Shown: in pieces, positions 19,365 through 31,781 of the stretch | How the letters are laid out: each line of letters begins with the position of its first letter | How positions within the stretch are numbered: the first letter of the stretch is position 1 | Assembly: GCF_000981445.1 (NCBI RefSeq) | Contig: NC_027218.1 | Span: 3,472,001-3,518,759, forward strand | Direction: 5' to 3' | DNA from: Babesia bigemina | Lineage: Eukaryota | DNA length: 46,759 nt | Translations under genes and position numbers: made by a program | The notes under the pieces: generated by a model | Told to the model about the DNA's origin: nothing | Database searches by the model: none | What the model saw: only the letters and a program-made list of their open reading frames with translations

Positions 19365-19791
19365 GATGTAGAGTGGATTAGGGAGCGATGTAGAGTGGAT
19401 TAGGGAGCGATGGAGAGTGGGTTAGGGAGCGATGGAGAGTGGGTTAGGGAGCGATGAAGAGTGGGTTAGGGAGCGATGTAGAGTGGGTTAAGGGGCGATG
19501 TGGAGTGGGTTAAGGGGCGATGTAGAGTGGGTTAAGGGGCGATGTAGAGTGGATAAGGGGCGATGTAGAGTGGATAAGGGGCGATGTAGAGTGGGTTAGG
19601 GAGCGATGAAGAGTGGATAAGGGGCGATGTAGAGTGGATAAGGGGCGATGTAGAGTGGATAGAGGAGCGATGAAGAGTGGATAAAGGGGCGATGTAGAGT
19701 GGGTCAGGGAGCGATGTAGAGTGGATAAAGGAGCGATGTAGAGTGGATTAAGGGGCGATGTAGAGTGGGTTAGGGAGCGATGTAGAGTGGA
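19365..19791. repeat. 22-bp array A, ~19 units
   Basis: Same unit. Confidence 0.95.
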
Positions 19792-19812
19792 TGATAATCA
19801 CTACTCTGGTCA

Positions 19813-19876
19813 CCATGTCATCGCTGCCGTGACCATGTCATCGCTGCCGTGACCGTGTCATCGCTGCCGTTACCAT
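19813..19876. repeat. 20-bp array B, ~3 units
   Basis: CATGTCATCGCTGCCGTGAC. Confidence 0.9.
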
Positions 19877-19880
19877 CAAC

Positions 19881-20038
19881 TTGGTCAGCACATTGGTCAT
19901 GGCATTGGTCAGCACTTTGGTCAGGTGCTTGGTCAGCACTTTGGTCAGGTGCTTGGTCAGCACGTTGGTCAGCACGTTGGTCAGCACTTTGGTCAGCACT
20001 TTGGTCAGCACTTTGGTCAGCACTTTGGTCAACACTTT
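19881..20038. repeat. 12-bp array C, ~13 units
   Basis: TTGGTCAGCACN repeats. Confidence 0.93.
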
Positions 20039-20160
20039 AGTTAACTATTACACAGTCACATACAACGATTAATGAGTGATTCAAAACATTAGATGACAAT
20101 TCATTTGTTAGGTGAGTAGGTGATGCTAGGTGAGTGTAGACAGTAAACACGTGAGTACGA

Positions 20161-23100
20161 TTATGGTTGCAGATAAAACACCCTGTTAAGCTTGTTAACA
20201 CGTGCCGCAGCAAGTAGTGATTGAGCAGCTATGCGATGGGAGGAAGGTGAGTGCAAATGCGATTTGATGTGGAGCAGGTCTAGGCGGATGACCATGATGT
20301 GGATGAGGTAGAGGAAGGAGAGGGACCAGAGGGCCACGTTGAGCCAGATGAAGGGGGCGCGGATGGTGAATATGAATTTATCGATAGAGTGGAACAGTTG
20401 CATCAATACGGATTCTCCGTCGAGAACTTTCTTCAATGCGTTGCACAAATCGTTACACGTCCTCTTGTAGTCCACATCATTTGTTCCACTCAGCTTTTTG
20501 CGGTCAACTAATGTGAATCCGTATGTGCACAAAACCGACGATGTGGATGGGCAGTTTATTATGGAATCACACAACGAGTGATGCGTAGATCCTGGCGATT
20601 TCTCGTTTGCCGTACATTTTTTCGGACATTTAGCGACACGGCATTTAGGCGTGGCACCGCCACATTTAGAGTTGCATTCGTCATACATTTTTTTAAGCAA
20701 GCTGTAGAAAGTCTCTGTCAGATACACCATCCACGAAACGTATTTATCAGCGTGCTTCAAGGAGAATGTGGCACTGATATCATTACTCAAGGGACTCAAG
20801 TATTGACCGCACGTGGCCGCTGTTTTAGAACTACATACGAGGCTGATCAGGTCACCTGATGTATGCGTTTTTGATTTCCCTGAGTGAGTGGTGCTGAATA
20901 TGGAAGCGACATTCAACTCGTCATATGGGCGTTGCAGATTGGCTTTGGTCACTGCTTCGTCAAAAGCCTCTTTCTTGTGCTTCTTACCACCGTCATTCCA
21001 CGTTGTTATAAACAGGTGATAAAACGCAAACATGTCACCCAGAGTCTGCGGCGGTCTACCCAGTACGCATACTAGAGAGGAGCAGACTACAGTGAGTGGT
21101 GAGGACGGAGTGCCACAGAACTCCTTCAGTACTTTGTACAGTCTCGAACCCTTGCTTGTATGCGACGCCGTGATGCTGATGTCCGCAAATCCCATTGGCG
21201 TTTTGCAAGGCTTGCCGAAATGGTTTGGTGCTGAACATGACAGCTTGCAGTCAGCCTTGTTATACGGATGAGGAAGGAAACCGGGAAGACCATCCTCCAA
21301 AAAGGATTGTAACGGTGACTTAACACCGCATTTAGGGTGTTGCTTGCACTTTTGGTTAGCAATTTGGTCAGCTATTTGCCTACAGTTTTGGTCAGCACAC
21401 TGCTTCTCATTGCACTTCCAACTTGAGCCTCCCACTCCTTGCCCGTACCAACACTCCGCCCATCCGCTGTATTGCGTGGAATTACTGCACTGCTCATACA
21501 GGAAGCGCAACTGATGGAACAGTCTGTACAACAGCTCCACCAATACATCCAGACACTTAGCTGCGCTGGACGGATATGCCAACTTGCCCGCGTTGGTGTA
21601 GAAATCGCAGGCGTAAATACCGTCATTATGCCCGTAGCCAAGGATGGACAGCAAAACGTCTTCTGCGTAGGTGGTGACTTCGGTGAGTTTGTCCGCGAGG
21701 GACGCAGCTGTGATGTCCTTAGGGTGGGCTGGCAAGGTGTCTGCTTCCTCACCTTCGAAAGTCGGACCGTCATCGTCGGCGGTGGCGTCGCCTTTCTTTT
21801 CCTCCCTCTCGAACAGGCCACTGAAACCGTCGTAGGATAATGCGTGATACACCGGGTTATACGGAAGCCCGTTGAGCCAAAGCAATATGTCGAACACGGA
21901 AGAGGGATGCCGAGGTCTGGGATGAACAACGAGGTGACCGACGTGATTGTAGGCGTCCAGGTAATAGAACAGTCTCGACATGAGACCCTCGTGTTTTTTG
22001 TAATGCGCCAGGTATTCTTTGTAGGTTCCCAAGTTTTCTGGGTTTTCGTTGAAAGATTGGTAGCGAGCGAATCCTCTGCTCAATCTGAGGGCGACTTCCT
22101 TACCGGTCTGATCCTTCAGCTGATCGATGTCATACCCCTCCTCCTGCAAATACTTTTTCAATTCATCTGCCTTTCGGTCACTTTTTGCGTTACCGGCAAC
22201 TTTGTACTCCTTCCACTCCGTAGCGCCCTTGTAGAACAGATGGTGGAGACCGTGGAAGTATGCCGGCACGATGGTCAAAAACGCTTTTGCGCAATTGTTT
22301 ACAGCCTTCTCATCGTGCTCCCACCTAACATTTGCGCCATCATACCTCGAGATATACACCTTGCCCAGCGCGCCGACCAACTCCCGGCAGCCACCGGAGA
22401 CGCCGTGCAGCATGGCAGTGACCGGGTTGGGGAAGCCGTCCGTTGTCAAGTCGGCAACGGCGGCGGTGAGATCGTCGAGCTTGGTAGGTAAGTCGCGGTC
22501 GTATTTGTTGGAGGTGTAAACATGGCTGATCAGTCCGCTAAGGGCCGCATAGAGTTTGGTGAGTTTAGAGGTATACGGATCCTGGGACCTGGGGAGTGAG
22601 GGATGCTTCTTGAGTTCCTCCCCGTCCAGCCGGGTGATCTCGCTGTCAATGTACGATTTAACTGGTGCGAAGAATGTCTCGACACTACGGCACAGAGTGG
22701 GAATGTCGGAGTTACTAAGCAGCCTGTTCACGTTGTCGCCGGAGTCGTTGCCGTTGAACGCCTCCATGAACCCCTTCAGGCCGATGTGCTTGTCGTGTTC
22801 GATTTGCAGTAGTAACTGCGAAAACTCAGTCTCAACCTTCAGCACAAACTGCCCTAGTAGCCACTTGATGGAGTCAACATACCGTCTGCGGGCGTGGGTT
22901 GTCAGGGCTGTTTCAGCGGTCTTGATGTCCTGATGGATTTGGTCCTTGATGAGTTTGGCGAAGTGATTTTCAGCCTTCATCGCGTATTGAAGCAAATCGT
23001 TTGTTTTATCGACGGGGCCCGTCTTTAGGGCGTTTTGTACGTCACTGAGGTCTTGCTTGATTTTGTCGATACCGGCTTTGCCTTCCTGAGTGTCTTTATC

Positions 23101-25830
23101 GTACTTTGCAAAATACGTTTCTTTAAACGTTTTTAATGTGCTCTTTAAGCCATTTGGTTCTCCCGCGGCGTTTTCGATGGCGTAGCACATTTCGTTAAGC
23201 TTATTGCTGACCTCGATGAAATGCCTTAGTGCCTGGTCATTGAACGTTTCAATTCCGGCAAGAGCGATGGTGACTTCTGCTTCGATATTATTGATTGCGT
23301 CCTCGAGTTGTTTTCTTTTGCTCGGTTTTGTTCCGAACCGGGTTGCGATTCCTTTGAAGGAATCCGCAAGGTTATCCAGTGTTACATATGCTTGTAAGTT
23401 ATCGGCCGCTTCTTGGTCCTCTGGCAACTGTTTTTCTAGCATATCATATATGGTTTTCTGAATATTGACGTCAAGCTCTATTGGTTGTTTGAGGGAATGA
23501 AACGGTTTGTATATATAGGCCTTAGCTAGATCACCATCACTGCCGGGTGTCACACTAGCAAGCGCTTTCGACAATCCCGTGTCAAGATGAATGGCCACAC
23601 CAAGTGCGGAATCAACTGTCATGACGTCTGGATCGGATGCGGAATCATCCCACGTGAACGACTCAACTGCAGCAGCAGTATGCCTGGCAGCAGCTAATAA
23701 TTGATATAGAACGCCATCCACTGCGAGTTGAAGATAAGGGTTACTATTTTTCTGCGTCGTTAGTTCTAACGAAATCGCATCGGCAATATCCTCCACAAAC
23801 GTACCAATCATCCCATCCTCTAGCTCGTCACCAAGCTTTTTGGCGAATTGCAGGCAAGCTCCCTTGGCAGCGCCAACATGTGACCCAATAGACCCTTTTT
23901 CATCAACAGCGTAAAATGAGTTAAAGGCTTCATTAACTTTGGCATGAAGCTCCTCAATAAGCTTATTCTTAAAAGCCGCAAGCAATCGGTGGTCGCTGCC
24001 TTGCTGAATAGCAATGTAGACATCCTTAAACTGTATACTGCTTTCATTCATCTCCTCAACGTACTTGTCTAACCATCCACTCACCGGTTCCTTATCCACA
24101 ATCTCACCAATCCATCTCTGAAGTACACTGTTAAACGCCAGTTTACCCTTAGTGAACAACTTAACATATCCTTTAACTCTCCCAACAAGCTCAGTCAACC
24201 CACTGGCATCACCTCCCTTAATCTCCTTAACACTGTTATGAATTTCCGTGATATACCTGGAAACATATTCCTTCATACCATTATTAATCTCGTTTTTCAG
24301 CGTCGCCAAATCCCCTTTAACAGCATTTTCCAACAGTGTAACTTTTTCCTTAGCCGTCCCAACCAAACTGGCAGCTTCTTTCCTGGCCAGCTCGCCAGCT
24401 TCGAAGAGCAATTTGACCTGCGATTGAATGTACTCCACTGCGCTTTCAATTTTTCTCCTGTTATTCTCTGTCCTGCTGTTGGAGTCTTTCACCTCCTTCA
24501 GTATCTCCTCAACTTTCTTCAACGATTCCTTGATAACATTGTCGGCCTTCGTAATCCAATCCTGCAACGTGTCAATGTGTTGTAGGAGATCACTGTTTAT
24601 TTTGGTAAGTTGCTTCATAATTGCACTGACTCGCTGCTTTATGTTTTTTATCAGTTCTTTCATCTGCGCATCAACTCTACAATCAGCATTGAATTTCAGT
24701 GATGCGAGCACTGCACTGATATTCTGCTTGGCCACCTCGAACTCCCTCTCCTCCTGCGCCCTCACCGTCTCCAGCCTACCACTCTCATACTTAATCGTCA
24801 CGCTCACGTTCTCAAGCTTATCACGCAACTTATCATTAAGCTCTACAATTGATTTTTTAAGTTCATTATCAGCTACGGTGATGTCTATGTCATTAGTGAA
24901 CTGCTCAGCCGCTCGCTGAAATTCTTGCAGCTTGGCGTCAATTTGCGTCTTGGCCTCTTCAACTTGCTGGTCCTTGTAATTTATCTTCCGCTGTTGTTGA
25001 TCTGTCTCACGTAGGATATCGTTCGCTTGATTTTCTAGACGCGCTAAGTCACCTGTAAAGCTATGAAATTTTTCACTCACCTTTTTATTACTACCGGCAA
25101 CAAGAGCATTATACCCCCGCACCCCTTCGACCACACTTCAAATCGCAGCATTAAAACCTTTTTTACCGCCGTGTTTATTTTTGTTAAGAGCTTCAATAGC
25201 TTCATTAATTTGTCCTTTATGCTGCCCTAAATGGCCTTGGATGTTACTGAGAACACCACTCAAAAATCCCATCACTGCGTCACACAACCTATCAAGGTCG
25301 GAGTAGACGATGCCAGTACCGTCGTAGCCTTTGGTGGCAGAGTCGAAGCCGAGGAAAGTCTGAAGGCCATCACATAAATTATTAAGGAGATTTTTAGGAT
25401 CATTTGGATGATTATTAAGATTAGTCAAAAATCCACAAAGCTCCTTCACTTTCTCCAAAGCGTCCAGCTTGGACTGCAATTTGGCTAGCTCAGCAGAGGG
25501 AGAGGGGGAAGAGAGAGAGGGATTACGAAGGTTATTAGGCTGTTTAAGTAGATTATTAATCTCAGTGATTTGACTAGTTACTTGACTTTTTAGGTCACTA
25601 ATTTTCTTGGTGCCACCAGCCTGGCCAGCAGAGTTGACAGACTCAGAAAGGTTAGTAACATAAGAAGAGTAAACATCTTTTAGGTCATTTTTAAGGTCGG
25701 AATTGTTGTCGAAACAAGCTTTAATAGCATTCACAACGGCTTTCTTAACAAAATCACTCTCACCAACAAATCCGCCAAGTTGACCAGCCAGGTGACCAAG
25801 GCTAATGAGCTTGGAGTCAATGTCATTCAA
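20161..25830 (-). pseudogene. ves1: ves1/VESA1-like copy 4, interrupted by one in-frame TGA at 25138-25140
   Basis: ORFs 25138..25830 and 20161..25134 share a frame (GFNAAI*SVVEGVRG). The conserved DAVM ATG at 25272 lies 44 codons before the stop. The 3' part keeps the Cys domain, TM and tail. Confidence 0.75.
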
Positions 25831-25932
25831 AGCTCTTTTAGTAGCATCGTCAGTAAGAGAATGGTCAGTATCAGCAAGTTATTATAATCATTTATAAAGG
25901 TCATAGCGATAATTAGATAAGGTAATTCGAAG

Positions 25933-26206
25933 GATGTGGAGTGGGTTAAGGGGCGATGTAGAGTGGGTTAAGGGGCGATGTAGAGTGGATAAGGGGCGAT
26001 GTAGAGTGGATAAGGGGCGATGTAGAGTGGGTTAGGGAGCGATGAAGAGTGGATAAGGGGCGATGTAGAGTGGATAAGGGGCGATGTAGAGTGGATAGAG
26101 GAGCGATGAAGAGTGGATAAAGGGGCGATGTAGAGTGGGTCAGGGAGCGATGTAGAGTGGATAAAGGAGCGATGTAGAGTGAATAAAGGAGCGATGTGGA
26201 GTGGAT
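25933..26206. repeat. 22-bp array A, ~12 units
   Basis: Same unit. Confidence 0.95.
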
Positions 26207-26224
26207 AATAATCACCACTTGTGT

Positions 26225-26696
26225 CCATGTCATCGCTGCCGTGACCATGTCATCGCTGCCGTTACCATGTCATCGCTGCCGTGTCCATGTCATCGCTGCC
26301 GTAACCATGTCATCGCTGCCGTGACCATGTCATCGCTGCCGTAACCTTGTCATCGCTGCCGTAACCTTGTCATCGCTACTGTGTCCTTGTCATCGCTGCC
26401 GTGACCATGTCATCGCTGCCGTGACCATCAACTGTCATCGCTGCCGTGACCATTTCATCGCTGCAGTAACCATGTCATCGCTGCCGTGTCCATATCATCG
26501 CTGCCGTGACCATGTCATCGCTGCCGTGACCATGTCATCGCTGCCGTGACCATGTCATCGCTGCCTTGACCATGTCATCGCTGCCGTGACCATGTCATCG
26601 CTGCTGTGACCAGTCATCGCTGCCGTGACCATCAACTGTCACCGCTGCCGTGACCGTGTCATCGCTGCCGTGACCATGTCATCGCTGCCGTGACCA
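26225..26696. repeat. 20-bp array B, ~23 units
   Basis: CATGTCATCGCTGCCGTGAC and variants. Confidence 0.95.
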
Positions 26697-26701
26697 CTAA
26701 C

Positions 26702-26930
26702 CTGGTCAGGTGCTAGGTCACCACTCTGGTCAGCACATTGGTCGACACGTTGGTCAGCACATTGGTCAACACTTAGGTCAACACGTTGGTCACCACTCTG
26801 GTCATGGCATTGGTCAACACTTTGGGCAGCATCTTGGTCACCACGTTGGTCATGACATTGGTCAACACGTTGGTCAGCACTCTGGTCAACACATTGGTCA
26901 ACACTTTGGGAAGCATCTTGGTCAACACTT
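26702..26930. repeat. 12-bp array C, ~19 units
   Basis: TTGGTCA(G/A)CACN repeats. Confidence 0.93.
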
Positions 26931-27053
26931 TAGTTAACTATTACACAATCACATACAACGATAAATGAGTGATTCAAAACATTAGACAACAATTAGTTGT
27001 ATAGGTGAGTAGGTGATGCTAGGTGAGTGTAGACAGTAAACACGTGAGTACGA

Positions 27054-30000
27054 TTATGGTTGCAGGTAAAACACCCTGTTAAGCTTGCTAACGCGTGCTT
27101 CGGCGAGTAGTGATTGAGCAGCAATCCTATGACTTGAGGGTGAGTGTAAGTGAGATTTGATGTGGAGCAGGTCGAGGCGGGTGACCATGATGTGGATGAG
27201 GTAGAGGAGAGAGAGGAGCCAGAGGGCGAGGGTTAAGGTCATGAAGGGGAAACGGATGGCAAGCAGGAAATCATCAATTTTGTAGAACATTTGGAGTAGT
27301 ACCGATTTTTCATCGACAATAATTTTTAATTCATTACAGAAATCTTGGCATGTACGTTTCGTGTTGTCGCCATTGATGCCACTAAGATTGGACAAACTCT
27401 TTAATGTGAATCCATGCTTGTACAATGTCGGTCGTGTGAATGGACATGTGGCTATGGATTTGCAGTCTTTGATGTGATATTGACCGTTCAGCGATTTTTG
27501 CGGATCCTCTGCTTTGTACGCGGCTTTCACTGTGCAGGCGTCGGGGCATATTTTTCCGTGACACCTGGTTCCAGGTTTATTGCAGTTATTGCAGCATTCA
27601 TCGTACAAGCCTTTTAGCAGCTGATAAAATGTTTCGGTGAGGTATACAATCCACGAAAGATAATTACCAGCATGCTTGTCTGCAAACATTCTCCATGTGT
27701 TGAAGCCGAAAGATTGAAGGTACCGGCCGCAAGTAACTCGTCCCTGGGCCGTATTATTGCAATCGACGAGGCACATCAAATTGCCCTTATCGTGCTTCGA
27801 CGAGGGTTCAACATTGAGTAGTGACTTAACGTCCAATCCGGAATATTGTTGGCCAAAGTACGCTTTGGTGACGGCGTTATTGAACGCATAACTTCTGTGC
27901 TTTGTGCCGGATTGATCCCAACCAACGATGAAATTGTAGTAGAACGCGAACATATCTCCAAGCGTCTGAGGAGTCCTTTGCAATATGCAGATGAAGTAAC
28001 TACACATTTTGCCCAGCGGTGTTTCCGCACCGCCACAGAAATCACGAAGCTCGGCAGAGATTTCTGCACCTGTTTTGGTATGCGATGCTGCAATGCTGAT
28101 ATCAGCAAATCCCATCGGAGTTTTGCATGGAACGCCACGGTGTTTTGATACGGTGCACTCTAGTTTACAACCTGGTTTTGTAAATTGGTGAGGCAAGAAG
28201 CCGGGTAGGCCGTCCTCCAGGAACGATTGCAAAGGAGACTTAAGGCCGCACTTAGGGTGTTGGTCGCACTGTTGGTTAGCGTTTTGGTCATCACTTTGGT
28301 TGGCAATTTGGTTAGCCTTTTGGTTGCACTCTAGGTTGTGACATTGCCATGTGTTGCACTCCCATGATGACCCGCCGACGTATCTGCCGTACCAGCAATC
28401 ACGCCAACTGTTAGTGTCCGAAGTGCGTTCACACTGAATGAATAAGAAATACAGTTGGTCATACAAGCGATACACAATGTCCACTAGCATGTCGAAGCAC
28501 GCGGCAGTATTACTAGGATATGACAACTTGGCTTCGTTAGTGTTGAAATCACAGGCATATCGGCCGGCAGCTTGCCCGTGACCGAGGATAGTTGTGAGCA
28601 CTGAGTGAGATTGAGCGCATATGTCTGTAAGCGTAGTAGTGAGGTTGCCAACTGTTATCCTCTCAGGGTATGCGTCCAAGTGTCGGTCTTCGAGGTTTTC
28701 AAACGTGACGTCTCCATCTGCGTTGCCTCCGTTCTCTTCCGTCTTCGGCTTGTCGAATAATTCGGCAAAATAGTCAAACGATAATTTTTGGTGCACGGCG
28801 TTATTTGGAAGTCCACTTAGCCATTGGAGCATTTCGTAAACGGAACGTGGCTGTCCCTTTGCGTCCGATGTGGCATAATGGCAGACTTGGTAGTACTCCT
28901 TGAGGTGACCAGTAATACACGAGAGAAGGCCCATCATGCTGAATTTCGTTGCTTCATCATTGTGCAATGAACATGTTTTGAAATGTGAATTAGCTGCTAC
29001 GATAGGAATTCGAGTGACCAATCGCTCATAAATTTTTTCACCCTTCATATCGGAAGAACATCTTAACTCCCCGTCCTGTTTGGATCCTTCACCCTTGGGG
29101 ATGGTGTAGCCGCAATACTCTAGGAACTGTCCAAATGCGTTTATACCACTTTTGTATGTTTCACTTATTTTCCTGTCTCTCCAAGTTCCATCTGTCATGT
29201 TACAATTATTATAGAATTCACTGAGGTCATGACCGAGTATCTCCAGCAGAGTCATAAACACCTTGGCGCAATCCCTACCGTCTGCCGTTAACATGTGTTT
29301 TGGTGAGTCAGTAGGGGCAACACCAGACTGCGGTTTTTGACGGTTTTCTATAACATGCACCCAATCTGTGACGAAGTTTGTTCCCTCGTATACGTTGACA
29401 TATGCCTTATGTAACTCAAATGCCAAAGCCTCCATACCTGTCTTAAGAATGTCAAGTAACTGCGGATGAGGGGGGCCCTCTAACATCATAGGTGAAAACG
29501 CATGAAGCAGCGTATCGAATGTTTGCAAATTGTTTCTAAACGTAGGATCGTAATGCTTGGAATTTGTAAGTCCATGTAGCAATTCAGCTAAAGCATTCCT
29601 AGACGGCTTTATAAACTCGTAGTTGGGCATGAAGTTTGTCTGAGTTTTTAAACCGTGAAAAAAGTAGCCAAATGCTCTATGAATATAATGTGCAGCTTGA
29701 CCCAGTGGGCTTTGTTGCGTAGAATCGGAGACGTCAATCTGCTTTACTTCTTTAACCTTGTCGATGAACTCCGTTTCCATTTGCTTCATAAAACCCTTGA
29801 AGCCGCTATCGAGGTCCAAGGTAATCGATTCAGGCAAACCGTATAACTCGTCTATGGATTTCTCGCAGAACGCCTGCAACAAGCTCTTCACTGAGGCACC
29901 GTACTGCATCTGGGCGTGAATGTATATAAGGTTTTTGAATTTTTCGACTTCTTTATCCGACTCTTGTTTTAAATATCTAGCGTAGTAATCTTCGGCTTGT

Positions 30001-31781
30001 TTGGCTCCTTTTTGGAGAAACTCCTTGACCTTGTTTATGGGCTTAGCTACAAGTTCGCTGTGCAGATCGCCAAGTTCAGTAAAGATTTTCCTGATGCTGT
30101 CATTTGCATCCCTAGCTCCATTAGAATATTGTTTAAAGCGTTCGTCTTTCAATTTTCTTAAATTCTGCTTGCTGTATTCAGCAGCTTGTTTAATGGCGCC
30201 GTAGAGTTCATTGAGGTGGTGCGTGACTAGATTGGCGTGTGTTTCAAAGGTGTCCCTGGTGATTCGACCGGAACCGCCACTCGCATCAATTATTTGTAGC
30301 GCAGCTACGCCATCGTTTTTAATTTTGCTTATCGCCGCTTCAAGAGCTTGTTTCTTGCCGTTGTCAGTGCCCGAATAAAAAGGAAACTTCTTGGGATCAA
30401 TGGTTACTTTACCATCGTTGAGCCTATCCTGCGGCAACTCCTTATCGAGAGGAGTCTGAAAGTATGCGGCCAGGTATTTGATGAAATCTGTAGATTCTAC
30501 TGTATTATGGCCAACTACTCTATTAAGATCATTTAACAACCACTCCAGATGCTTGCCAAGTTCATCTTTGCCACTTTTTTTTGCCTGAGCAAGCACTTTC
30601 GCAACAGGCTCTCCAATCGTTCCTAACTTACCATTCAATTCACCTATGACTGCCTTCTCCATAGCCTCAACGGCCGGACCAGCATTCTGAACCCACTCAT
30701 AGCCTTTAGCAGCATTAATACCCGCCTTCAACGCACTATTAATATTGTCAAGGCATTCTCTAATGGCAGCATCCACTCTCCCTTTCATATCATATAAATC
30801 CCCTCTAATCGCGAGATCCAATTGCCCTACCAACTTTGTAGCCTCCTGCACCAACTTCTCCACTTCACTCTTTGCCATGCTTGCAGCCTCAAAAACTTGA
30901 ATAGCTTCTCTCTCAAACTGCTCCATTGCCGCTTTATGCTGACTGGAATACGTGCTTGAAGTGCCATTAACATGTCCCGAAACCAGATCAACATTTTTTT
31001 CGGCATCATCTATTAGATTCTCCGCCTGCTCCATCCATTTGCGTAATGATTCGATATGGTCCCGAAACCTAGTGCCAAGGCTCTCCAGCTGACCGAGAAT
31101 CTCTCTCACTGATTTTTTCAATTGCTCCACAAGATCCTTTATATGCTTATCAATTGTCGTATGTAAACGCTTCTTAAGCTCATCTATCTCTGCATATAAA
31201 AAATCTTTCGTCGCCGTTAACTCCTCACGTTCCTTCTTAGACAGCTCAGTGAGACGCTTAGTCTCATGCTCTATCGTCACACGTACATTTTCGATCTTTT
31301 CACGTAAGCTACTATTAAGATCATTAATCGCGTTTCTATTATCAATGGAATTTGTGTTAATATCTAAATCATTTGTGAAGCTCTCAGCATATTTCCAGCA
31401 GTCTGCCAACCTCTGCTTGACTAACCATTCCGCTTGCGCAACTTCCCTTGATTTTCCTGCAACAGCATTAACTATAGTTATTTTACTAACCTCTGTTTCC
31501 AGCTTCTGCATATTGCTCTGCATTGTAGTTATGATGGTTCTAACTCTATTATTAGACTCTCTCACGTCCCTGTTATACGCCGCGATGCGAGCAGGCAACA
31601 CGCGGAAAAGCTCTTTAAAGCCCTCGTGCCCTGAGCAAAGATGATTGTTAATAAGCGTTAAAATGTTGTTAATTAATATATTTTTACCCACACTGTAAGG
31701 CTGTTTCTCGCTGACATCCTTAAGCAAATAATACAAAAATCCCATCACCCCGTCACACAGCCTGTCCAGGTCAGAGTACAC
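27054..31781 (-). CDS. ves1: ves1/VESA1-like variant surface antigen, copy 5 (ORF start is GTG; first in-frame ATG at 31745)
   Basis: 1575-codon ORF with YSDLDRLCDGVM, a VGGSSWECN/LEDGLPGFLPH/TPMGF Cys domain, TM and tail. The frame stays open upstream to TAA at 31899-31901. Confidence 0.85.
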   Translation of the reverse strand: MYSDLDRLCDGVMGFLYYLLKDVSEKQPYSVGKNILINNILTLINNHLCSGHEGFKELFRVLPARIAAYNRDVRESNNRVRTIITTMQSNMQKLETEVSKITIVNAVAGKSREVAQAEWLVKQRLADCWKYAESFTNDLDINTNSIDNRNAINDLNSSLREKIENVRVTIEHETKRLTELSKKEREELTATKDFLYAEIDELKKRLHTTIDKHIKDLVEQLKKSVREILGQLESLGTRFRDHIESLRKWMEQAENLIDDAEKNVDLVSGHVNGTSSTYSSQHKAAMEQFEREAIQVFEAASMAKSEVEKLVQEATKLVGQLDLAIRGDLYDMKGRVDAAIRECLDNINSALKAGINAAKGYEWVQNAGPAVEAMEKAVIGELNGKLGTIGEPVAKVLAQAKKSGKDELGKHLEWLLNDLNRVVGHNTVESTDFIKYLAAYFQTPLDKELPQDRLNDGKVTIDPKKFPFYSGTDNGKKQALEAAISKIKNDGVAALQIIDASGGSGRITRDTFETHANLVTHHLNELYGAIKQAAEYSKQNLRKLKDERFKQYSNGARDANDSIRKIFTELGDLHSELVAKPINKVKEFLQKGAKQAEDYYARYLKQESDKEVEKFKNLIYIHAQMQYGASVKSLLQAFCEKSIDELYGLPESITLDLDSGFKGFMKQMETEFIDKVKEVKQIDVSDSTQQSPLGQAAHYIHRAFGYFFHGLKTQTNFMPNYEFIKPSRNALAELLHGLTNSKHYDPTFRNNLQTFDTLLHAFSPMMLEGPPHPQLLDILKTGMEALAFELHKAYVNVYEGTNFVTDWVHVIENRQKPQSGVAPTDSPKHMLTADGRDCAKVFMTLLEILGHDLSEFYNNCNMTDGTWRDRKISETYKSGINAFGQFLEYCGYTIPKGEGSKQDGELRCSSDMKGEKIYERLVTRIPIVAANSHFKTCSLHNDEATKFSMMGLLSCITGHLKEYYQVCHYATSDAKGQPRSVYEMLQWLSGLPNNAVHQKLSFDYFAELFDKPKTEENGGNADGDVTFENLEDRHLDAYPERITVGNLTTTLTDICAQSHSVLTTILGHGQAAGRYACDFNTNEAKLSYPSNTAACFDMLVDIVYRLYDQLYFLFIQCERTSDTNSWRDCWYGRYVGGSSWECNTWQCHNLECNQKANQIANQSDDQNANQQCDQHPKCGLKSPLQSFLEDGLPGFLPHQFTKPGCKLECTVSKHRGVPCKTPMGFADISIAASHTKTGAEISAELRDFCGGAETPLGKMCSYFICILQRTPQTLGDMFAFYYNFIVGWDQSGTKHRSYAFNNAVTKAYFGQQYSGLDVKSLLNVEPSSKHDKGNLMCLVDCNNTAQGRVTCGRYLQSFGFNTWRMFADKHAGNYLSWIVYLTETFYQLLKGLYDECCNNCNKPGTRCHGKICPDACTVKAAYKAEDPQKSLNGQYHIKDCKSIATCPFTRPTLYKHGFTLKSLSNLSGINGDNTKRTCQDFCNELKIIVDEKSVLLQMFYKIDDFLLAIRFPFMTLTLALWLLSLLYLIHIMVTRLDLLHIKSHLHSPSSHRIAAQSLLAEARVSKLNRVFYLQP

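Noticed and set aside
25946..26248. HSTSPLYPLYIAP-type ORFs (also 5615-5815)
   Set aside because: Frame-cycling translation of the 22-mer, interrupted by TAA in most arrays
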